Positions 1 through 12,400 of a stretch of DNA of 64,000 nucleotides are shown in pieces. Made by a program: the position numbers and the translations under genes. This DNA comes from Paramoeba atlantica (Eukaryota > Protista > Discosea): positions 248,001-312,000 of the forward strand of contig CDRNVI010000177.1 of assembly GCA_977017575.1 (NCBI GenBank), given 5' to 3'. The notes under the pieces were generated by a model, which saw nothing but the letters and a program-made list of their open reading frames with translations, did no database searches and was not told where the DNA came from. The stretch's first letter is position 1, and each line of letters starts with the position of its first letter.

Positions 1-439
1 AAAAAGAGAGGTAGGAATTTTTGCTCAAGAGTGAAGATGGTCAATACCTATCTAACTCCATGTATGGAATACTTAGTGAGATTCAAGTTGATCCTAAAAT
101 CTGTTACCTCTTTGATGTGGAAATCCATCTGCTTAGCCCTGGGTGCCATGCCAACACTAAAACCTCTGTTCTTACTTTATGCTATCCCCTTTGGACTCAA
201 ATCCTCAACTACACCACTCCATTGTTTTTAATTGGGCTCTTTTCACCTCTTGTCCACCAATAAGGAGTGACTATCAGAGTCCTCTCTCCATTGGAGCTAT
301 GCAGAAGGATGCTTTCATTACAGCCCAAAGCCTTTCTTCCAAAGTTGTGTTTGGCCAGACCACTTGTGTTGTATATACCAATATGTCTCAAATGATTCCA
401 ATTGAAATCAAAGACTTGTATGTGGGGGAAGGAAGAGCT

Positions 440-1260
440 GAGTGTGTGGTGTACAACTTGACTCATGCAATTAGACCTCAGCTCAAGAGGAATTTACTTA
501 AATTTCTAATAAAAGAGCTATCTACAAGAAACAAGTTGTCTCACTTCTCAAACTAAGATTCAAGTTGTTGCTTAACTGCCACTGAGAAAAGAAGTTATGA
601 TTTCATCTACTGGAAAAATGCTCTGTGGTTGAGGGTCTTCTTCAAGCAAGGGGAAGGAAATGTATTTTGCTGAAAGTACTCAACTGGTAAGAAACTAAGA
701 GTGTGTGGCCTTGTCTCAAAGTATCTTACCAGGCAAGAAACCTCTGTGGTGAGTGCTGCCCTGCTGAGTTTGTAGCTCACAGTGTGTGCAAAAGGAACTA
801 AATCAGCCTAATATACTAAAAAAATTTTCAAAAAAATCCTGAGAAAGAATAAAATCCTCCCTTGGCCTCTAAGGACTCAAACCAAAAAAGAATTTAAAGA
901 GAAAAAAAGTTTTAAATTCAAAGGCTTTTAAATGTTTTATAATGGTTCAGGACATACAAACCCTCATTTAGAGGGTGTAGATTTTGCAGTTTTCAGGAAA
1001 GAAAGAGAGATATGTGGTGGGTTTGAAACTATTTCTTTTGGCTTTAACAATATTGGTGAATTTACAGGCTGTTTGAGAGGGATACAAAGTGTTAAATCAA
1101 TGATAAAAGAGATTATGATTGTTGGAGATTGTATAATTCTTACCAAGGTAATGTTTAAAACTCATACTAGAAAAAATTATACTTTAAATGAATTACTTTG
1201 TGAAATTACAAGTTAAGGCTTGAAGGTTTGTAATACTATAAGCAAAACAACTATTTAAGA
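440..1260 (+). mobile_element. Decayed 3' part of an L1-like non-LTR retrotransposon (zf-RVT-like region followed by RNase H/RVT_3-like domain)
   Basis: Frame +2 reads IRPQLKRNLLKFLIKELSTRNKL...SSCCL, and a shifted frame gives HLLEKCSVV (zf-RVT-like). 932-1216 reads FYNGSGHTNP...FNNIGEF...IKEIMIVGDC, matching RNase H DG-x-NP, NN-x-x-E and GD motifs, with the first Asp changed to Asn. Stops, frameshifts and almost no CpG. Confidence 0.55.
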
Positions 1261-1614
1261 TAAGAAAAGCTTTGGTATTATCTTTGAACTCTAAAAATTA
1301 ACATCTTATAATCACTTTTAGAATAAAAATTTTATTAATTTAATAAGAAAATAACTTATTATTGATATTTGGTGATGAAAATGATATTACATAACACCAC
1401 TCATTCATTGAGAGATTATACATTACCTCTAAGTTTGAAACAAAGGATATTGTTTTGATAATTGTAAAAATTGAAAGATTCCATCTAATAATACCAACTA
1501 TGAGCATTAAAGTGATATAGAATTCATTTCAAAAGGAACAATATATATGAGAGCAATTATGTATTAAAACAACCTTGAGTTTTTTAGTATCTTTTTTGTA
1601 ATTAAAATCAGTTT

Positions 1615-2000
1615 CATTAATATTCATGATCAATTGAGAGTGAGCAGCATCAATCTTTTCTTGCAATTCTTTTGCATTTTGTTTCAGCTTTTCTTCAAAC
1701 AAACTGCACCTCTCTGCCTCAAGTGGCTCTAAATCAATAAGAAAAAGTTGTTTTTCACTCTAAACAAAGGAATAAATCCAAGTGAAAAAGATTGCTTTTA
1801 AGAAAGTGATATTAATTCAATCTTTGAGGGTGGTTTGGATCAATGAAACTTGGTTTTCATTACATTTTTACATATATTTAACAATTTTATCAATTTGAAA
1901 AGGTTCAATCTTTGTAAAGTGTTTTCACATCTTTGATTTCACTCTAAAAAGCAGGTTACCCCAGGTCTTGGAAAGTTTTCTGTTTTGTTGTTAGTCAATT
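1615..2000 (-). pseudogene. Decayed ORF of unknown function
   Basis: Minus frame RKLSKTWGNLLFRVKSKM*KHFTKIEPFQIDKIVKYM*KCNENQVSLIQTTLKD*INITFLKAIFFTWIYSFV*SEKQLFLIDLEPLEAERCSLFEEKLKQNAKELQEKIDAAHSQL reads like protein, with isolated TGA/TAA/TAG stops. Confidence 0.35.
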
Positions 2001-2454
2001 TGAAAAAAACAACTTACATTTGTAAAAGTTATTATTCATTCTTTTTCATTTGGACTATTAAGAAGTAATTTTTTATAAAAACAATAATATTACTTTATTA
2101 AAGTTTAACAAAAAGTTAACTTTTCTTATTCAAAGGTTTTAGAAAAAAAAATGTATTCATGAACTAGAAGTTTTAAATTTTACAATGAAATTACTTCAAC
2201 AAGAAGGGCAAAAGATTTTTTTTTTTTTTATGAAAGAAGATAATAGATTCTTGAAAATGAGTTTAGATGAAATGAAGCAATTAAACAAAAACCAACAAAA
2301 ATAAACAAAAAACTAAAATCAATTTCAGAGACAAAACTAATTTTCTTTATTTGACTAAAAAAAAAACATTTTTCTCAATTTGATTTTTATATTTTTTAAA
2401 AAAAATAAGATTTTAAATATTCAAAAAAGAGAAAAAAATTTTTGATAAAAAAAG

Positions 2455-3420
2455 AAAATAAAAAATAAATCAAATACATCAATTCAAAACAATTAAGAAA
2501 TTTGATTGAACCAACTTAAAAAATATCATAGATCTGAAAAATAAATTCTAAAAATATCAGAGAATCAGAAAATAAATTAAGGAATTGCATTCAATATGGA
2601 GACATAATTAAGAAATTGAAATTACAAAAAAATAATATGAAAAAAATGAAATAAAAAATAAATCAAATACATCAACCAAAAACAATTAAGAAATTTTATT
2701 GAACCAACTTAAAAAATATCACAGATCTGAAATATAAGTTCTAAAAATATCAGAGAATCAGAAAATAAATTAAGAAATTACATTCAATATGGAGACATAA
2801 TTAAGAAATTGAAATTACAAAAAATTAATGTGAAAAAAAGAAAATAAAAAATAAATCAAATATATCAATTCAAAACAATTAAGAAATTTGATTGAACCAA
2901 CTTAAAAAATATCATAGATCTGAAAAATAAGTTCTAAAAATATCAAAGAATCAGAAAATAAATTAAAGAATTGCATTCAATATGGAGACATAATTAAGAA
3001 ATTGAAATTACAAAAAAATAATATGAAAAAAATGAAATAAAAAATAAATCAAATACATCAACCAAAAATAATTAAGAAATTTTATTGAACCAACTTAAAA
3101 AATATCACAGATCTGAAAAATAAGTTCTAAAAATATCAGAGAATCAGAAAATAAATTAAGAAATTATATTTAATATGGAGACATAATTAAGAAATTGAAA
3201 TTACAAAAAATTAATGTAAAAAAAAGAAAATAAAAAATAAATCAAATACATCAATTCAAAACAATTAAGAAATTTGATTGAACCAACTTAAAAAATATTT
3301 TTAAAATGAAAAATAAATTTAAAACATATCATAAAATTAAAAAATAAATTAAAACATTCTATTCAATATGGAAACATAATTAAGAAATTGAAATTATAAG
3401 AAAATTAATATAAAAAAAAT
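2455..3420. repeat. Tandem array of five ~193-bp AT-rich units alternating between two subtypes (386-bp dimer)
   Basis: The AATCAAATA anchor recurs at 2468, 2661, 2854, 3047 and 3240 (period 193). Units 1, 3 and 5 carry CATCAATTCAAAAC/TTTGATTG (unit 3 TATC-); units 2 and 4 carry CATCAACCAAAAA/TTTTATTG. Confidence 0.95.
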
Positions 3421-3459
3421 CACTTTTAATAATTTCTTATTCATTCTTTATTTCAAATG

Positions 3460-5192
3460 TTCAAGTGGAAGAAGGCAAACAACTCTCCACAAATATTTCC
3501 TAATAGTGTAAATCTTGATAACAAGTCAAACTATTGTATGAATAAACTAAAAACTGATTTGAGTGGAGAGGTGTGAGTTGGTGGTGGATAAGATTATATT
3601 GTGCTGTTCAAACCTGAAATTTTTCAGAATCCCCATACTTGTTTAATAAAGTCAGTGCAAATTTTCCAAGTTGATATAAAAAGTGTGAAAAAGAGTGAAT
3701 ATTTTTCACTCTTGTTGGAGCCTTCATCAATAAGTCAGATCCACCACCACAATCAAAACTATCATCATCAATAACCTGTTCAACTCAAGAAGACAGGTTT
3801 TTGATTAGAGCCTTTCAAAAAGCTTCTTCAACAAAATCACATTTATGAGCATGGCAACCAAGAATCTGAAGGATTTTTCCAGCCATTTGACTCAATTCTC
3901 CAACTGCTGCTGGGTTTGAAGGAGTATGATCCCCCATCACAGATTCAAAAGAAGAGAGGCTCAAAGAATCTAAAAAGGACTAAATTTTAGAGAATTTCTT
4001 TGTTAGATTTTGGAGACCATTTAAAAGAGAAAAAATATCCTTTACAATTGACAGGGCATCATGATCAACTGTTTCTCAAATACCTAAATTAACATGCCTA
4101 CCTTTGTCCTGGATCCCAACAGAAAGAAGATTTTGTCTTTGTGATAAACTTCCATCATGAGAGAGAGTTGAGGATTTTCATTCTTGGACTCATAGTAGTG
4201 CTTTTAATTTTGATTGGATGCTGCCTTCACAACAAATCTATTGGATTGTGGTTGGTGATGGAAGAGTAGGGTTTTTTTTCAAAAAAATTCAGAAAAATTC
4301 TCAAATTGCAGGAGAAATATTTCTCTGGGCCATATCAAGGGAAGAAAGAGAATTGCAATCTACCAGCACCAAGTTCAAGAGTTCTTACCTGCTCCTCCTC
4401 TTCTTCTTTTCCTTTTTCATCATTCTCCTCATCCTCCTCAGTCTTCTTTGCAAGCAAGGAGGTCATGAAATGAAATTTCCTCAGGAAGATCAATCAAATG
4501 ATGAACTTTTATCAACAAAAAGATCAAGGTCATCCAACACTTTGATGTGTGGTGGGCGGTGAATAAAATAACCACAAGCAGGTTGGCTTTCCTTGTTTCA
4601 ATCATGACCACTTCATAAACCACCAGAAAATTCCCCACCACTTCCACAAAAGCAGATTGCCCAACTTTATCAAAGAATTTGGGGGCCAATAAAGAAAAAC
4701 AACCATTTTCATCCAAAACAAAATGTTCAACAACAATTTACAATTTTTGGTGTTTCAATCACTGGTTCTAGGAGGTCAGTCCTTCTCTAATAATTTTTCA
4801 GTCTAAAGCCTTTTCTAATTGTCTTCATCATTTCTCCTCAAACAAGGAAGGAACAGCAATGAATGGTCCAGCATAAGTCATTGCTTTGTGGTCTGGTCCT
4901 TGACAATATTCACACTCAACCTGCACTACTTTCAAGAATCACTTCTTTATGGGTTTCATGAGCCTTTTTTTCAAAAAAAAAAAGATCAGTTTCAAGAAGA
5001 GGGTCTTTGAATTCAAAATCCAAAAGAATTTTGGGGATTGAAAGAAATATCTGCCTTAATCAGAGTTGTACAACAATTTTTTTGAGCAATTTCAAGGGCC
5101 AGGATGATTCAACTCCAAAACAAAAGAACAAAAAAAGAAAAAAGTCTTTGTCATGGCACTACCTGCACAACTTTGGGCATGTTTGCACTCTA
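3460..5192 (-). mobile_element. Pseudogenised DDE transposase with CxxH motif (hAT-like), copy 1
   Basis: Minus-strand segments SSFCWDPG, ETVDHDALSIVKDIFSLL, ESVMGDHTPSNPAAV...LGCHAHKCDFVEEAF*KAL and LLMKAPTRVKNIHSFSHFLYQLGK; homologous to the element at 26600-28669. Possible 5' end TAGAGTGCAAAC at 5192; no partner TIR found. Confidence 0.65.
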
Positions 5193-5432
5193 GAAAGAGA
5201 GAAAGAGTGGTGGTGAGAAAGGGAGAAAGGAGAGACAAAAGAAAAACAAAGAATTCAAAAATCCCAAAAGAGAGAAGAAGAATGAAAGAAAAAGAAAAGA
5301 AAAACAAAAACAAAGTGAAAAAGACAAAAAGACAAAAAAAAAAAAAGGAGGGAGGGGAGGAAAGGAAAAAAAAAAGAGATTTCAAAAGAAAAAGAAAAGA
5401 AAAAAAGAGAAAAAAAAAAGACTTTTTCCCCC

Positions 5433-8400
5433 TTGAAAAACAACAAACAACAAACCACAAACCAACCACACCACCAATCACTTCCCACTTCATCCGAATC
5501 AATACCCACTCTCCCCTCTTCCTCTCAAACCCCACCTTCAAAAGCTCTGCTCCCCACCCCTGATGTAACAAAAGATTTTCGAGATTGCCACAGCCATGCC
5601 TCTCGATCCTGGGCACCCTCAAACCAGATAGCACAGAAAACTTTTGGTTCCCAAAACTTCACTTGGAAAAGAGTTGCAGCCAAGAAGGAGAGCAAGAGAA
5701 AGAAAAAGAAGGAAAAAAAGAAGAGGTCAGAGAAAGAGAAAAGGAAGGAAAAAGACAAAGAGAACCCCAAAAAAGTGAGAGAGCAGGAGCAGAAACAACG
5801 AAGAAAGAGAGAAAAGAAAGGAAGAGAATGAAAAGAAAAAGAAAATAGAGGAGGAAAAAAAACAGGAAGGAAAAAGAATGGAAAAAAAGAGGAAGAAAGA
5901 GAAAAATCAGAAAAAGAAAAGAATGAAAGAAACAGAAAAGAAAGAGAAAAAGAACTAAATCGAATGGACAATCCTCAGGCCCAGAAGACAACTTCACATC
6001 CTCCAAAATTCCTTGGCAATTGCTCGTACTGAAGATGCAGAGGCCAACACCAAAAAGTAATAGTCTCCCGATGCGAGAAGTGCCTCCTTACATTCTGCTC
6101 CTTTTCCCACCACAGGAAGTCACAAACTCTCTGTCACCCTCTTCCTCCCCCCCCCCCCCCCAACCTCTCCCATCCCTAACCTCCCCTCCCTGCTCTCCCT
6201 CCAATCCCCCCTCCCACCCTCCCTCCCCAATTCCCTCCCACCCTCCCTCCCCACTTCCCTCCCCCCCTCCCTCCCCACTCCCCTCCCCCACTCCCTATCC
6301 CTCTCTGCATCTCAATCTTAATCCTGATCTCGATCCCTCCGGCACCCCTCCCCCTTCATGTAACAACCCTGAATGCAATGGTAAAGCAGAAGTTGGCTCC
6401 CACATCTCCTGTAACCACTGTCAAATGCATTATTGTTCAACACAATGCCACAACAGCACAGAAAACCATCCCATCACCCCTTTTCCTCCTCCCCCATCTC
6501 ACCCCTCACCTCACACACCTCTCCACCCTCCTTCCCATCCACCTCATTTGCCCCCCCCCCAAGCCCACCTCACCACCTCCCTTCCCACACCCCCTCTCAC
6601 TCCCCTCTCGCTCCCCCTCCCCAACTTTCCCACTGCCCTTCTTCTCATGGCCCACCTTCTTTTCAACAAACTCCTCCCTCCCTCTCCCTTATCCTTGAAC
6701 TCTTTGAAAATGGCTCCTTTGAAGATATAGTCTTAACTGTCCCCCGCTTCAGAAACTTGGATCGCGCAAGAACAAGCTCCCTCCAAACATGCAGAGCTCG
6801 TGACCTCCTTGGACTTGGAATCAACCACTTCTTTGGTGGCCAACAGAAAAACTAAGACCTTACTCCCATTCTCTCCTCAGATTTCAAAAATGCTCAACAA
6901 ACAAAGCAAGATGAGATATCGTCCCCCTTCTCTCAAATCACAAGTAGCACGGGGAGAATAGCCTTTCTCCTCCAGTTCTGGCAACACTGGAAACCTGCAC
7001 CACAGCCTCCCGAAATCTCGCTCACAAATGTCAAAGACAACTTCTTTTTCATCTGTGGGGATGGATCTGTTGCTACCAACCCAAAATGGATGGTGTGTTG
7101 GAAGCTCATCACTCTGTGTCGTTTGTGAGAATAAGGAAATTGTCCACTCTCTCATCCATTCTCCCAAGCCCTGAAAACCATATTAACTGGAGAAACCGCG
7201 AGAACAACTCTTTGGCAGATAGGATCACAAGTTTAGCAGTACACAGAGGATGCCCTGACAACACCTGGAGAATCACACCCATCCTCGACCCAGACCCACA
7301 ACACATCCAACAACTCTTCTTCAATCATGGGCGCTCTACAACCCTTCCTCATGGAAGCAAAGAAGAGACTACAATGAACTTCATCCTCTCTCTTGAAGGA
7401 GACTCCTTCTCAAAACACATCCCCCTCTGCTGCATGGACTCAGTACCACACTCTGCCTTCGTGATACAGTCATCAAAACTTTTTGTGCTGTATGACACCT
7501 CTTTCATAAGATACCCCAACTCCTGATCCTCCTCCCAAAATGGATCTTTGGCTGCCTTAGAAGGGGTACTTGAGGAATGAAAGAAGTGAAATCTCGATGC
7601 ACCATGGTGCGAAATTTTGAGTGGAAGAGACTCCACAAAAAACTTGAGGGCAAGCTCAGCAAACTCAAGCAAAAGAGGAGGCAGAAGTCCACCAAGAAAA
7701 CCAAGGCAGACCAGATTATTGAAGAGGTCAGAAAAGGACATCTCTCCAAAGCTGCAAGGAAGCTTCAATCCAAGAGTGGATTCAGGGATCTCTCAGTCTC
7801 AGAAAATCATGAAACTGTGAAGAACCTCTACCCAAGATCTGAGCAGGCGTGGACTCCACCAGATCGAGCCGAAATTCCTGACTGGAAACCAGCAATCCTT
7901 GAACAAGATGAGTTTCAGTCCTTTGACTCACTTGATCTGGCCCTTCGGAGACTTCCAAAAGGCCGCACACCAGGGCTCTCAGGAATGTCTTATGAGTTTG
8001 TCACACTCCTATGCACAGACCAAGAACTCCACTCAACCCTCAAAGAATTGACTGTCTTAATCACCAACCAAAAACTCAATGAAACCATACACAACATCAT
8101 GGCAACCTCTCTCTTCATTCCTCTGGCAAAAGGGGACAAAGGGATCCGTCCAATTGGTGTTGCTGAAGTTCTCAAGAGGTGGGCAGCGATTGCACTTGTT
8201 CTTGAAGTCCAACACGAGGGAATTCCTGAGAAATTGTCCCATCAGTATGGTGTATGCTTGCCAAGTGGTGCAGAAATGGTCCACAAAGCAATATCACAGC
8301 CTATCTCCACCTCCACCCACAACATTATGCCGCGAAACTGGACATTGTTAATGCCTTCAATTCCATCTCAAGAAAAACCATCTTTGAGAGCACAGTCCAG

Positions 8401-10620
8401 CTGGCCCCTGTATTACTTCCATACCTCTACACCTTCTATTCTTCGGCAACACCCCTCACTCTCTCATGACCGGAACCACACCCTCACCATGGAGGAGGGT
8501 GTCCAGCAAGGAGATCCCCTCGGGACAATTTTCTTTTGTCTGGGATTTCATGGAATCCTCAATCCAATCTTTCAGAAGGTTGATGCTCCACTGAATGCAC
8601 TTCTTCTTCTCCTCTTTGTCGATGATATATTTGTTTGTGGGAGCCTGGTTGCCATTGCAGAAATCACCACTCAGATCCAGAGTGTCCTCCCAAATGCCAA
8701 CCTCAAACTTGGCACAGAAAGGGGCAAAATGGTCTGTTTCTCTCCCGAAGCGGCCAGGAGCAATGACCTCAAAAATCTTGGCATTGGGAAGGCGGAAGTA
8801 ATCACAGTTCTAGGGTCACCCATCGGGCTGAACACTCAAATTTCCAAGTGGCTTCACACCCTTGCTCAAGAATACCAACAAGCATCACAAGACCACTGTT
8901 TAATAATGTTCTCCAACCCCCATGAAAGTCTCGAGCTTTTTGTCAAAACCATCACACCCAAACTAACATACATCTGTTGCACAACACCTCTCTCTTTAAC
9001 CCCTTTCCAAGACTTCATCAAGCAAACCACTACAACAAACATCAATTACCTCCTCAACCCCCTCCAAGTCCCCCACCTGCATCCAAACAAAGAACTCCAT
9101 CTCTCTCAAGTAGAAGCTGCAGGCCTTCCAAAGTCAAAAGGTGGTGGTGGCTTGAGCTACTCTCAGAACACCCACCAAGCAGCCTTCCTTGGCTCCTGGA
9201 TCTCAGTCTACTGATCCTGCTCTGAGTTCAAACCTGAACTTATCAACCTCTTTGAAGACTTCTGGAAGAGTGACTCACCCCAGCGCCAGGCTCTCCACCA
9301 AGCATATATGACCATTTTGAAAGCTTCATCTTGAGCGAGTGGAAACTGCCAAGTGGTACCTCTGTCCATGAGCTCCTAACTCGATTGACAGAGCCACCAT
9401 CTGACTCAATGGGCACTGGAGAAAACTACAAACCACAGAAAGAAGAAGTTCACCTCCTGTGAACTTCAGGATGTCAAAAAGAAGATCATGGACCCAACAC
9501 AAGACAAAAACCTCTGCCGTGCAATCCGTGAGAATGAGGTTGGCCCCACCACCCACTTGTGGATGACAGCCTACCCTGACAAGGACACCTCTGGGCCAAA
9601 GCCATATTGAGCCTTAAATGCTGAAGATTTTCGCTCAGCCTACCGATGTAGGCTTGACATAGTTGACCCACACCTTGGGGCTCTCTGCAAACTTGGGACT
9701 GTCAAGTGTGGATTCTGTGAAAAAGAACTCTGTGCTGCATCCTCCCTCCACCTCTCAGATTGCACCAGTCGTGGAAGAGGAACCACACAAGAAGACACCA
9801 TGCTCTCCGTGATGAACTCAAGAACATTGCCAGCTGGGTGGGAAAAACAACAATCCGAGATGGAGCCTACCAGCCAATCAGGAAGTCACACAAGCAACCT
9901 GATCTTACAATCCGCGAGTGGCAAGGCGACCAGGATCTGTGTATTGATGTTCGAGTTGTGTCAACCCACAAAACCCCCCACTTTCGCTGTGTGATCCAAA
10001 CACCCACCAAAACCCACTCTGACCCCCCATACTCGACACCCTCTCACCTGCTGCACACCATGCCAGGATCATGAAATGCAGAGAATATGTGGACAGATGT
10101 CTGACTGAAACAGACTTTAATGCAGGAAGGGGCAGAGACACCCCTGAGGAGAAACGGACCCTTAAACAAATAACTCTTTCCGTTTCTCCAAGGTGAAGTC
10201 ATCTTCCTTCCAGCATCTTCATCCTCAGGTGGTGGAATATCCCCTGACATTAGTGCACTCCTACAATCCCTCGCCTCAATTGCCCTCCAAAACGACCAGG
10301 TCCTGGATGCCAACCCCCTCCCCCTCTTCTTAAGAACAGCAAAGAAGAAGATTTCAGCTGCACTAATGAAAGCAATGGCAAACCACATGATGAGCATACA
10401 GGAAAATCTAAAACCCAGCAACCCCCTTTTGACCCATCACTCTCTGTGCTTCTCATCATCTCTCAATCCAAATGACATTTCCATTCCCCCCTCTTCTTTC
10501 CACATGTACTACCCCCTTTTTCTGCAGTTCCTCCTCTCACTGGGTGAGAACCATTCCCTTCTCTTACAACCATCTATTTCGAATAAAAATCTCTTTCATT
10601 GAAAAAAAAAAAAAAAAGAG
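5433..10620 (+). mobile_element. CRE-clade (REL endonuclease) non-LTR retrotransposon, degenerate, near full length, with poly(A) tail
   Basis: Pro-rich region with Cys/His finger (6357-6467); RNase H-like motifs (7030-7250); RT 7577-9214; CCHC knuckle CGFCEKELCAASSLHLSDC, RRHHALRDEL and PDL...IDVRVV REL motifs (9710-9965); A-run from 10602. The 5' boundary is uncertain. Confidence 0.9.
7577..9214 (+). pseudogene. Reverse transcriptase of the CRE-like element (FVDD variant of YxDD), with a +2/-2 compensating frameshift pair and a premature TGA
   Basis: Motifs GHLSKAARKL, PGLSGMSYE, IPLAKGDKGIRPIGVAEV, QYGVCLPSGAE, GVQQGDPLG and LFVDD. The DIVNAFNSISR motif lies in the shifted frame (ORF 8254-8469). 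Confidence 0.93.
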
Positions 10621-10673
10621 AGAAAAAAAAAAAAAGAGAGAAAAAAAAAGAGAGAAAAAAAAAGAAAAGAGAA

Positions 10674-10792
10674 GGTCTTCAGCACTCGGGATTCGAATGT
10701 GGTCACCCACCATTCTACTAACCGAGCCCACAGCTGCTTAACTTCCGAGTTCTGATGGGATCGGGTGCTTTCAACTGGGTATGACCGAAGAC
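10674..10792 (-). rRNA. 5S: 5S rRNA (119 nt)
   Basis: GTCTTCGGTCATACCCAG...CCGATCCCATCAGAACTCGGAAGTTAAG...GCTGAAGACC followed by a T-rich terminator; identical to 19484-19602. Confidence 0.97.
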
Positions 10793-10815
10793 ACTTTCTC
10801 TTCTTTTTTTTCTTC

Positions 10816-10823
10816 TTTTAATA
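10816..10823 (-). promoter_or_regulatory. TATA-like element at about -31..-24 of the 5S gene
   Basis: TATTAAAA at the same offset as TATAAAA upstream of the second 5S gene; both are followed by AAAAAAAGAAGAGAAA. Confidence 0.55.
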
Positions 10824-11416
10824 TCAATCCAAATTAATAAAAAGAAAAGAGAAAGAGAAAGAGAAAGATGAGAGAAAAGAAAGAAGAAAAGAGAAAAAAG
10901 AGAAAAGAGAAAAAACCTCAATGGAAAGAGAGAAAAAGTGGTGGAATTTCAAAAAAAAGAAAGAAAAAAATAAAGAAAAAACAAAGAAAGAGAAGGAAAA
11001 AAAATTAACAACCTACAAAAAGAAAGATAAGAAAAGACAGAAGAAAAGAGAAAGAGGAAAAAGAAAGACTGAGGAAAACCAAAAAAAAACAAACGAACAA
11101 AAAAACAAAAACAAAAAAAGAAAAACGGACCTCTATTTTGGGTCCGAATATGATGGACCTCTATTTCAGGTCCTATCAGCCCTTTTTTTCTTTTTTTTTT
11201 CTGTGTGTGTTTTTGGTTGTTCTTTCAGTGATTTTTTTTTGTTTTTTTTTGTTCAATTTTGATTGGTGTTCCTTCTCGCCACACCCCCCCCCCTCTCATT
11301 CCCTCGTGAATGACAACAAACACAATCAACCACACCCTCAGGTTTTGTTTTTAATTCAAAACATTTCTTTTTCTGGATAACTTGAAACAGAAAAAACAAC
11401 AACAATCAATCAAAAT

Positions 11417-12400
11417 ATGGTGATGAGAATTCAGTTGATGTCGATTGTCGAAAGAGAAGAAGAGTGGTGGGAAGTCCAAAACACTGAGAATGGAAGAGTG
11501 TGTTCTGTTCAAGCTCAAGACTTTCGAAGTCTCCGAAGGAAGATCCAGGATGTGTACGGAACTTCAACTGCAGTTCGAGTGTTCTATCTTGATGATGAGT
11601 GTGATGTTGTCTTTGTGAAACGTGATCAAGACTTGGAAGACGCTTTGTTTGTTCTCCCAAAAAAGAACAAGACAACAAAAGCAGTGGAGAGTCAAGTCGA
11701 AGAAGAAACCGAAAAGGAGATCCAAGAGGTCGAAAATTGAGTGGGTGGTGATGGAGAGAAGAAGGTTGAGAAAGTGGGGGATGAAGTTTCTGAGAACCCT
11801 CAGAAAAGACTCAAGGAACAACAGAAGAGAGAGAAGGAGATTGAAATTCTCAGTAAACGTGACAAGAAACTGGCAGATCAGATTGATGTTCTTGAAGAAA
11901 AGATCGTGGCTCTCCAACAAAGAAAGGAACGGTTGACTGAAAACAAAACCCAAGTTCGAGAGAATCTTGTTGATTTGAAAAGTCAAAAGGACATTGTTGG
12001 AAACAAACAAGAGGAAGAGGAGATTGAAGAAATCCAATCCTCTAAGGAAGAAGAGGAAGAAGAGGAAGAAGAGGAAGAAGAGGAAGAGGAAGATTGTGGT
12101 AAACCAAGATCATTTGGGCAATCAAGAAAGCTTCAAAACCAACGACGAAACATCGAAAGAAGACTTTGTAATCTTGAAGCAAAAGAAAAGAAGTCAAAAA
12201 AGATGATGGAAACAGAAATTATTCTCAAGAAACATTTGGAAGAAATCACAGAGAGGTTGGCGACTGAACCAAAAGAAGAAGAAGAGAAAGACAAAATGTT
12301 TATGAAGAAGAGAAAAGGAACTCGATGTTCTTCTTCCCCACCACATGGTTCAAAAAAGAAGTTTTTCAATTCTCCTCCAAAGGAGAGAAGACGAAAATAA
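11417..12400 (+). pseudogene. PB1-domain (acidic OPCA motif) plus Glu/Lys-rich coiled-coil protein with an in-frame TGA at 11738-11740
   Basis: VFYLDDECDVVFVKRDQDLEDAL matches the PB1 OPCA motif. ORFs 11417-11740 and 11741-12400 are in the same frame and separated only by TGA. Confidence 0.75.

Noticed and set aside
2455-3420. CRISPR-like array
   Set aside because: Whole 193-bp units repeat with no unique spacers, and the context is eukaryotic.
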